This document shows positions 1 through 9,835 of a stretch of DNA of 64,000 nt, piece after piece; position 1 is the first letter of the stretch; each line of letters begins with the position of its first letter. Source of the stretch: Peribolospora baueri. Its lineage: Eukaryota. The notes beneath the pieces are model-generated. The model ran no database searches. It had not been told where the DNA came from and was given only the letters and a program-made list of their open reading frames with translations. A program made the position numbers and the translations under genes. The stretch spans positions 1-64,000 of the forward strand of contig JAMDHS010000023.1 of NCBI GenBank assembly GCA_029717555.1, given 5' to 3'.

Positions 1-12
1 CCCCCCCCTTTG

Positions 13-46
<34 letters not shown>

Positions 47-47
<1 letters not shown>

Positions 48-952
48 ATTCATGACGGGCCAGAACTTGAACATGGTCAGCTCGCTCGCCTCGCCTCCCT
101 GCCCGCATTCGGACAGAAGCTCATCTTCGTCTCCCTCCCGTCTCGCAGACCGTCCTCGAAACCGTCGCCACCGGCATCGATGGAACGGACGCGACGAAGA
201 ACACGTATAGCTGGACCTGCCCGGACGTCAACCCCTACTCCGCGGTGAGCGTCGGGATCGATGAGCGACCGTGCGAATGCGCATGCTTGCTTGGCTTCTG
301 AGACGAGTGTGCAAGGAAGGAAGGAAGGAAGACGCTCTCTCATCGCGGCGCCGTCCGTGCACGCTACCACGTCCTAATCGTCGTCCCCACTCCTCCGCTT
401 TCTTTTTTTCAGATCTACTTCTACCAGTTCCTCGACTCGACCGGCTCGGTGAGTGTGCTCGCTTCGCGACATCGCCGCTGTCGCTCTCTATGCCGAGTCG
501 CGACGCCCGCTGACTTTTTTCTCACCTTCTGCTCCTCCCCCGTCTCGCAGAACCCCACGTGGACGACGCGCTTCGCCATCGCCTCTTCCTCGGGACAGAC
601 GACTCCCCCTCCCGACTCGACGCAGCCGAACGGTCAAGCTATCCCCTGGGGCAACGGCGCTCTTGCCAAAGGCGCCTCCTCTTCTGCCTCCTCCGTCTCC
701 TCCGGCACCGTCAGCGCCAGCTCTAGCTCCGCTTCTTCCTCCTCCCCTACTAGCGCCGCTTCTGCGAGCCACTCCACTCAGACGTCTGGCGCCGCCTCCT
801 CTGCCTCCTCCCACTCCTCCGGCTCTTCCACTGGCTCCAGCTCCAGCTCGTCGCGTGCCTCCTCGAACGGCAGCAGTGGCGCCATCTCCGCGAGCGCCAG
901 CGCTCTCCTCGCCACCTCCGTTGGCGTCGTCGCCGCCTTCGTTTTCGCTTGA
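47..952 (+). CDS. Ser/Thr-rich GPI-anchored cell-surface protein, 5'-partial (exons 47-75, 149-244, 413-448, 551-952)
   Basis: Spliced translation reads FMTGQNLNM/TVLETVATGIDGTDATKNTYSWTCPDVNPYSA/IYFYQFLDSTGS/NPTWTTRFAIA..., then a long Ser/Ala stalk and a hydrophobic C-terminal GPI-signal-like tail (ALLATSVGVVAAFVFA*). All introns are GT..AG. The start lies outside the window. Confidence 0.8.
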
Positions 953-2436
953 CAAGCATTCGCTTTCATCGGTCGTCTGCCCGAGCGCACGTTTCCTTTT
1001 CTTCCTCGGCCTCCACCTTTGTGCTTTGCGCGACGTCGACTTTTTTCTTCTCTGTCTAAGTCTGCCTACCTATCGACCTCCACGGACGCTTCCACTCTCC
1101 TCCTCTGCGGGCCGTTCCGTCCCTCCATTCCCTCTGCCCGCTTCGCCCGTTCTATTCCCCTTCCCTCCTTTCCTCGCGTCTCTTCGTCCATTAATCCCTC
1201 GCCGCATAGGACTCTCCCCCGCTCTCCTCCCACCTGCACCCGCCTCACGCACTCGCAAGCCTACCTGGCAAGTAGTAAGCTGTAGTCAAACTTGGTCATC
1301 TCGGACAGGACAAGGGTTACATGTTCCTTAGGTACCTAGGGCAGTTTGGTCAGTTCAATTGGATACCTATCGTGCCACGAGCGACTGGCGTGCGAGCGAG
1401 CGTGGGATAGAGACGGGGAGGAAGGACGGCCTTGTCTGCTCTCGTCTCTCGTCATGTCAAGCCTCTCGCCTCTCGTATCAGCGGAGCTTGCTTCCGGTCA
1501 GCTAGCCCTTCCTTTCGGCCGTCGTCGTCGTACGGTGTGTGTGTATGTCACGTAACTGACAGCAAGCGGAGTTTGGACGAACCGGTCCCGGACCGGTCTG
1601 TGAAGGTCGTCGAAAGATGAAATGCGCATGTTGGGGTTCCGGTCGTCAGTCAAAAAGTCGGGCCTGCCCTCGATTGGATTGATTCATTGAGCGATGACGA
1701 GGTCATTCATTGTATTTGTTGGAGCTGGGTGATTTGATCAGGCAAGATGAGACATGCGCTCCTTGACGGAGTCCTGTCTCTCTCTCTGTCTGCGTGCCTA
1801 GCACTATTGGCATAACGAACGTCTGCAAACCTTGCTTTATCCAAACATTAATCTTGAGTTGCCGCCTGTCCGAATGGTTTTCCTGCAACGCCTTCTGATT
1901 CATCTCGGACCGACAACACACATTCAGAGCCAAGCACAGCGGCAGCACGATGCGATATACCGTCGAACGCAAGCATCTTCCATACGCGGCGCACGGCCGA
2001 CTGGTAGTCTACATGTAGAGCAGTCGGCGTAAAACGAACAGGGTGCCACTAATCGCGTATCGTACCATGTCGTCCTTCGAAGCGACGGTTACACCGTGTC
2101 GGATCGAAAACGTGCTTCGAGTCAGAAGGATTGAATACGTATGGACAGCTAAAAACAAAGTGCACCCAGACAAAGAAACGGACGGAGAAGATAAAGGTAA
2201 AAAGGAAGAGAAAAGTACACGCTCGATCCCGCTCCTCTTCGTCACTTGCGTTGGGACCGAGAGGCGACGGGAGGTAGAGGGATGTATGGATGGATGGAGC
2301 CGACAAAAGCAAGATAGACTATTGGGCTCTTTGACTTCTACATTCTTTGCCATCAATAATGACATTATGGTGATCGATATTGCCATTTGCGCATCCTTAA
2401 TTAACATTTAGGCCGTCAAAGACTGCAGAGAGGTAT

Positions 2437-2520
2437 CCATATTCTACAATAACGTGTCCATATTCTACAGTAACCTGCTCATATCCTACAATAACATGTC
2501 CATATTCTACATTAACGGGT
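2437..2520. repeat. Four tandem imperfect 21-bp repeats (consensus about CCATATTCTACAaTAACnTGT)
   Basis: Units at 2437, 2458, 2479 and 2500: ccatattctacaataacgtgt / ccatattctacagtaacctgc / tcatatcctacaataacatgt / ccatattctacattaacgggt. Confidence 0.95.
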
Positions 2521-3781
2521 CCAAGAATTCTTCGGAGGCTTTTGACAAACGTGCCGTGCTCCGCCACGTGCTTGGCTAGGGTCAAGAGGCTGCGCTGCGG
2601 CTGCGACAACGGACGCCGTGTGGGTCCGTCGCCGTCGCCGTCGTACCGTGTCCGTTTCCCTGGCGACAGACAGACACCATCACATCATATCTCTATTGGC
2701 AATACCGTAACTACCTGGCGCTACGCTTTGTTACGGTATCATCGGCTGCCGCTTCTGCGCGTCGCTTGTCGACTGGCGAGGAGGGTTCCTTTTGGCCGCG
2801 TGCTGGGCTGCGATTCCGATTCGTCGTCGTCATCCTCCGTCCGTCCGCACGATTCGTTCTTCGTTCTTGCGCTCCGCCAAGGCCGTGCGAGCTTGACTGA
2901 TGCCGATGCTGCGCGCATTCTCACCTTGCATGCACTCTCACTTACACTCCTGGACACCGCTCGCTCGCTCGCTGGCTGACTTGATTCCGAAACTTGGCTT
3001 CAGTGCGATGGCGCACGTTGCGTTGCGACTCACTCCACTCTTCACTTCACTCTCCCTTCAGGCCTCCGTTCATTCTAACCTAAGGCTTCTCCCCGATCGA
3101 CGGGCTGGCTGCCTGGATGACTGGATGGCCGGCGGAGGGACGGATGGAGAAGCAGGTCAGCGACCGCTACGACGGCATTGACGACGACGACGACACGACG
3201 ACGACGACGGCGGATATCTGTACGACCGGCCGGCAACTGCGAACAAGGGAGCGCCGGCCCCCTTTTCGCCTGCCGTCGAGAAAAACTGACCGAGTACCCC
3301 CTATCCAGGTTGCCCTTCTTCTCTTCGCTCCATTTCGCCATCCCTCCCCGTCGTCACTTCACTTCACCTCTCTTCCCACCACCACCACTTTTCCCCCCTT
3401 CCTGCGTTGACCAGGACGATCCATCCCCACCCTCCTTTCTTCCCGCGCCTTACCTTCATTCTTCCCCCAACGGTCCTTTCCTCCCCCCCCCCCTTCTTCT
3501 CCCCCTCGCCACTTCTGTGAAGGGCCACTTCTCTCAAGACTCCGCAACGCTCGGTCGATCCGGCGTTTCAAGCATTCGATTATACAGCCGCACACTATCG
3601 CCTCATCGGCTCGCCTAGCCCCGTCATCTCCTTCTCCCCACCACCCGTCGTCTCGGCTCTTGCGGAGGCGTCTGGCACGCTTCGACTGTCCGAGCGAGCG
3701 AACGCGGAATACTTTGTCGTCGTCGTCCACGACGGCGTCCGGTCCCCTTTTTTCCATTCTTCATTCTACTTCCATTCGCTC

Positions 3782-6502
3782 ATGTCTCTCAAGGTCAGTC
3801 GCACCGTCGCTCGTCCCCGTCACCGACGAGGGACCCATCCATAGTAGCCAAAGGCAGCGGAAGAGAGGTCACCTCACCGGACGAACGTTCTCCCCTCCCA
3901 CCCCCTCCCCAGGCCGAGATACAGACGTGGTCTGCAGCGTTGACCGCCTACGACGAGGGCGACTTTGACGGTGCCCTCGATAGATTTTTTGTGAGCCCGG
4001 GGCCACGATGGCGTCCGTCTAAGCGTAAGCGCGTCTCGGTTCATACGCCTGACCGCGACCCTGCCTTTTTTTTTTTTTTTTTTTCCCTCTCTTCTCGTCT
4101 CTTTCGCGTAGACGATCGCCGATTCGAGCAAGATCCTGTTCAATATCGGCCTCATCCTTGCCACCCTAGGGGAGCACGAAACCGCGGTGAGCTGCCCGTT
4201 TGCACGCTTCGCATTTTGCTTACTCTTGCGCACGTCGTCCCGTCCCGTCTCCCCGCTCACCCGGTCCCCACGTCGAAACAGGTCGAAAAGTACCGCGAAG
4301 CCGTCTCGCTCGACCAGTTCCTCGCCATCGCCTACTTTCAATGCGGCGTCTCCAACTTTCTTCTTGGCCGGTACGACGCGTCCGTGCAGGACTTTGACGA
4401 CGCCTTGCTTTATCTTCGAGGCAACCAGACCATCGATTATGATCAGCTCGGGCTCAAGTTTAGGCTTTATTCCTGCGAGGTCCTCTTCAACAAGGGCCTG
4501 TCGAGGGTGTGAGTCGGACGGAGAATGCCATGTCACCTTCCGATCCCACTTTTGCTCACCCTAAGGTTCATGTCTTCTGTCGTCTCCAGGTATGCCGGCG
4601 ATGAAGGTGGTGGCATGAGCGACCTACAGGAGGCGAGCATGGAGAAGCAGACGAGAGAGCACGACGTCATCAACGATGCCATCAAAGACAGGGCAGAGGT
4701 GAGCGCTCTTGCCGGGCCCGGGCCAGGGCCAATGCTGTGCTGTGGACGATGGAAGCCGCCGCCAACGTCCTTTCTGATCGCCCTCCTTATTCGAACGCAG
4801 GGTTACACCGTGTTTTCCATCCCCGTCGGTGTCCTCTACCGTCCTCCCGTCAACAAGACCAAGAACATCAAGACCAAGGATTACCTCGGGAAAGCCCGCC
4901 TCATCGCCGCCACCGACGCGTTCGACCAGGGCCTCGGCTTCTCCGGCGTGGAGAAGCAGAAGCAGATGTCGATGAAGTCGATGACCTCTGCTTCCGAAGG
5001 TCCCATGGAAGACCCCATGCGTGAACTCGGAGGCGCCAGAGACCGTTTCCGCGCGCTATCGAGGAGCAAGACCACTGTGGGCGCTGGCACGCGCCCTCGT
5101 AACGGCTCGCTCGACGACCTCGGCCCGCCGCGGCCCTTGGTGAGGCGTCCTACCGACATCGCCGCCTCCGCCTTTGCCAACGGCGGGTCCAGGGCTGGCG
5201 CTCTGTTGGGACGCTCCGCTTCCGCTCGGTACCCTGGCAGAGGCGCCTCGAAGACACTTCCCCGCCCTCCGTCTCCGTCGATCAGCAGTCCCCGCAACAG
5301 CCCGCCTCCGCTCCTCCGCGACGGTGCCCCCTCGCGGTCCAACTCCACCTCTTCATCCTCCGCCGAAGGCAACCTTCCTCGCACGCCGCCGCGGGACACA
5401 CAGATGCTCCCCCTTTCTGCCGGTGGCGGCGGCGGCGGCGTGGGCGCGACGGACTCGCAGTTCTACGACGACAACTTTCTCGACGCTTACGCGCTCGACG
5501 ATGGGGACAACAAGCGCGCCCTGCCGACGACGCCGCCGCCGCCGCCGCCGCCCGTGCCGCCTCTGCAGGCCAGCAACTCGACCAAGCGCGTGGAGGCGTG
5601 GAGGCAGAACGGCGGCGAGAGGGGCATGCGGCCCGCCGCGCCTCCTTCCTCCTACTACGGCGGCCGGAGTTTGAGCCGCCGCGGCCGCGGCCCCGGCCCC
5701 GATTCGAGCTTGGGTCGCTCCGTGAGCAGGAGAGGTCCCGGCCCGCGGTACAGTCGCTACGACGAAGACGACGACGGAGGCAGCCAGGCGTCGGGAGATT
5801 ATTTCGTCGAGATGGAGATGAGCAGGATCCGCGTCAAGGTGCGTGGCAATACGGCGAGGGGAGGGAAGGGCAGCGGTCCTGGACGGGGGGCGGGGGCGTT
5901 CGTTTGCTGGGAGACCCGTCTTCTCCCCGCGTCTTGGTTGCTTGCGCGCGCGCTCAGGCTCACGAGACTTTTTCTCAATCTGCCCCTCTCTTGGAACGAC
6001 AGCTCGACTACCGGAACGAGAAGAGGGGCCTCATGGTCATCGCAGAGGCGAGCCTGGACGAGTTGGTGGACAGGGTAAAGCAAAAGCTCCAGATTAGGAA
6101 CGAGGTCAACATGAAGTTCAAAGGTCCGTATTCCGATCGTATTCGAGAGTTTCGCGTCGATCGGGGTGGATGGAGAGAAAGACGGGATAAGGTGCTTGTT
6201 GTGGTATGCATGTAGCGCTGACAACGCCTCCCACGCCTCCCGCTCCCGTTTCATCGTAGATGAGGACGGCAGCTTGATGAGCATCATCGACGAGAGCGAC
6301 TGGGAGATCGCCGTGGTGAGCTTTTCTTCAAGCGTGCGAAGAATGAAGAATGCGTGAAGAATCATCCGGCGACGAATCTCCCCTCTGACTCGGACACCGC
6401 CCGTCTCCCTCCCTTCCGCCCTCCCCTTCGTCGCAGGAAACGGCCAGAGACTCGGCGGCAGGCCGGCCCGAAGGCAAGCTCGAGATCTGGATCAGCGATT
6501 GA
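3782..6502 (+). CDS. noxR: NADPH oxidase regulator NoxR (p67phox-like: N-terminal TPRs, activation region, C-terminal PB1), multi-exon
   Basis: MSLK/AEIQTWSAALTAYDEGDFDGALDRFF/TIADSSKILFNIGLILATLGEH.../DQFLAIAYFQCGVSNFLLG...LLYLRGNQTIDYDQLGLKFRLYSCEVLFNKG; GYTVFSIPVGVLYRP...KDYLGKARL; PB1 acidic motif DEDGSLMSIIDESDWEIAV; ends GKLEIWISD* at 6500-6502. Confidence 0.93.
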
Positions 6503-8187
6503 TCGTCGCCCGAGTTGCGTTCTCGAGCTGTAGACCCTTTCCCGACACCACCCCTATCTGCCTGTCACCTAGTCTTATCGTCGTCTTTTCGGGTCTTCTT
6601 CGCATTTCACACCCACTTGTACACGCTTTTCCTCTCCGCCGCGCTCGGAAGAGCGTACCTCGTCCGAACCTCCTCCCGCCGGCTTTCCTTAGAAGCTCAG
6701 GGCACATTCCCTCGGCTGCTTCCATCGCTCGCTCAATCCAACGGCCCGTGTCCCTGTACTCAATTCTCGTCACGACAATCTTTCCCCCCCGGTACCGGCA
6801 GGCTTGCTGAGATTTCTTCGCCTTTTTCTTTTTTCTTTCTTCCTTTTTTCTTTTTTTCTTCTCACTCGTCCCTCCGTCTCTCTCTCTTCTGTACCTTTCG
6901 CGCTCTGAAGACTTGCGCATTCAATCATTTCGTTGTGTCACGCTCGCTAGCGAGAGGTGACGTCGATTGTATCTATTTCTACGACACTAGCAGAGCCTAC
7001 AGCGCACGACGGACGACATTCAGCGCGAAAGAAAGGAGAAAGAAAAGAGGAAAATGTACGGAACCACCGACCCGTCCGATCGACCACGTCCACATCTCTT
7101 CCTTCCTCCCGCCTTCTTACCTCTCCGAAGAGAAGCGGAAGACGATGAGGGAGGAGGGGAGAGCGGATAGGGCGCAAGCGGACAACAGGGTACTAAGAAG
7201 TCCGTCAGGCGGGGTCCCCGTTTCAGGGAACCTCACCTTCTTCTGGGCTGGATCTGACGCTCACCGTGGGCAGGTGGAATTCATGCGAAATGAAAGAGGC
7301 CGTCGGGAGCAACACGGGTGTAGGATCTGCGTGCGAGGGGCGGAATGGAGAATGGGGTGGAGGAAAGAGTGACGAAGAGATGGGGATGGGAGCGAGAAGG
7401 GGTGGTCAGCGATTCGATTCACGAAACCAACCAAGCAGTGCTTGCGGCGACCACCTCTGGTCCGCTGCCTCCACCAACAAGCCAGCCGGATATGACCGGT
7501 GGAGCGCTTATGAAGAAGACAAGCAAGCCAAACTAAACCGTCCGATACTCACCCAGCTCGCCGCACGAAGAGGAAAGAAGAGAGGGCTGAGAAGTCAGAC
7601 GAAGAATTTAAACGCGAGCCGCGGCGCCGCAGCAGACAAACGCCGCAGCAAAGAAAGCGCCGCAGTCGTCGCCTCCATCATTCTGCTCAGCTCCTTCTGC
7701 CGCCGCTCCGTCCGCTGCAGCACATTGGCCCTCTCGTGACGACAAGCGCTCGATTGGGGGGTGCGAATCTGGTCAAGATGAGATTGAGGTCTCGAGGAGC
7801 GACCGGGTCCAGACGAGATTCGAGTTCCGTGGCGGCCCTCAGCTTTCGATTAACGACGGGCGTGTGCCGCCCTGTCCATTCCGAGGCCGAAAGGCGAGAA
7901 GCCGGCGAGCGTCCAAAAACCGGAAGGCGGATCGGGGCGACTGCGGCGAGTATTCGGACACCGAAGGTCCGAAGGACCGACGACTCGGATGACGGTTTGG
8001 AGCCCCGCTGGACGCGACGACCGAGACGACGAGCGGTGGTTTAAAGATGGACGGAGGCCAGCTTGGCGGCCCGGGATGAGGTGGAGGGTCGAACACTTGC
8101 TCTTAACACCACCAGCCTCCCGCTCTTGCCTCGCTTGCCAACTCCTTCCTTCGTCCTCCAACACCCCCGCAATTTCCTTTACGTATC

Positions 8188-9439
8188 ATGTCCCCACCAG
8201 CGACGACCGCCGCCGGCGCCAACGGCGCGCACGACCAGCTGGCCGCGTACACGGCCAGGGTGCAGTCCGTGGCCGGTCCGAACGGTGAGTGACATCGGAC
8301 CAGCTGTGGGCTCGTTCCCCATCGACGCGCATAGACTGACAAGCGTGCCCCTCCCTTACCGGTCACCATGGCCCGCCCGATCAGCCAACGCTCGCGCAAA
8401 GTTCGTCCTGGACAACCTCATGAAGCACCTCCACCAGTTCGCTCGCGAGGTGGACCTGACCCTCGAGGAGTGGCTGGTGGCGTGCGACGTGATGGTCAAG
8501 TCGGGTAAGATGTCGGACGAGAAGCGGAACGAGATGATCCTCATCTCCGACGTCCTCGGCTTGGAGAGTCTCCTGGACGAGATGGCGCACGAGCGCGCCG
8601 AGAAGGCGGCGGGCGTCAAGCCAGGTCAAGACACCGATGGTGTCTCTGTCGATAACAAAGCCACCCTCTCCGCCATCCTCGGTCCCTTCTACCGTGAAGG
8701 AGCGCCGGTGTACCCCAACGGCGCCGACATCGTTCTCGATCACTCCATCACGGGTCCTAAAGGCGAGAAGGGAGAGACTGCCCATTTGTTCGGTAGAGTG
8801 ACCGATGTCTCTGGCAAGCCGGTCGTGGGCGCTTTGATCGATATCTGGCACGATGGTCCGAACGGGTGAGTAGGACGGCCGGGTATACTCTCTGCCCTAC
8901 CCACCTTACTTATTTGAACTCGTCTCTTTCTGCAGCTTGTACGAGCAACAAGATCCAAACCAGCCCGAGTGGAACTATCACGGCCGGTTAAGGACGGACG
9001 AGGAAGGCCGATACGATCTGCGCTGTCTGCGCCCCGTCGCCTACCCCATTCCCTACGACGGCGGTGCCGGCGACATCCTCAAGGTCCTTGATCGGTCTCC
9101 CATGCGACCCGCTCACATCCACTTCATGATTCAGAAACCCGGTTACAAGACTTTGGTCACGCAGGTCAGTCGAACAAGTACTCGAACCACCCAGGCTGCG
9201 GGGGTTATGGTGCCTTCTCCTGACTTCTTCCTTCTATTCCCCTTCCACGTCACCGTTCTAATTTCGCCAAACAGATCTTTGACCGCAAATGCCCCTATAT
9301 CGAGTCCGATTCCGTCTTCGCCACCAAAGACGCCCTCATCGTCGACTTTGTGCCGTCCAAGAACGCCGCGGAGGAGAGGGCTCAGTACGTGTGCGAGTAC
9401 AATCTCTGTCTTGTCGCTGACACCCCGAAGGCTGGATGA
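8188..9439 (+). CDS. Intradiol ring-cleavage dioxygenase (catechol/hydroxyquinol 1,2-dioxygenase family), 4 exons
   Basis: N-terminal dimerisation helices (HLHQFAREVDLTLEEW, EMILISDVLGLESL), AILGPFY, DIWH, and Fe ligands in GLYEQQD, AYPIP and RPAHIH; last exon IFDRKCPYIESDSVFATK...G*. Confidence 0.93.
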
Positions 9440-9835
9440 TCGCAGCGCACCGCCCTTCGTTTCCCTCTGGTTCCTCCACCACCGTCCATTTCCTACGCGC
9501 GCGACACGATCTTTGCCTTTCCCTTTTTCCTACCTCGCCCTGTACTCTTCACTCCACTCATGATCGATTTCATGAAGGAAGCGGAATCGCCACTAGTGAA
9601 CATGACTTCGATTTCATCGCGAAGGCCAGCAGGCTCAGTATCTAGAGCTGGCAACGGACGACAGATAGTAAGCCGACACAAATACGATTGATACAAGGTG
9701 TACCCGACGTTGGACACATACACCCCGAGCCGAACGAATAGATTGAAACGGAAAGAGAGCAACGCCAGCGAGCGGACCCAGGGATGAAAATGCGAGCAGA
9801 CTCGAGTCACCCATTTAGCCCCCCAACGAAACGGA

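Noticed and set aside
1201..1215. GCCGCATAGGACTCT, resembling the 5' end of basidiomycete 5S rRNA
   Set aside because: Similarity stops after about 12 nt, and the site lies in a 3' UTR.
2437..2520. CRISPR-like interpretation of the 21-bp array
   Set aside because: Units are contiguous with no unique spacers, there are no cas genes, and the context is eukaryotic.
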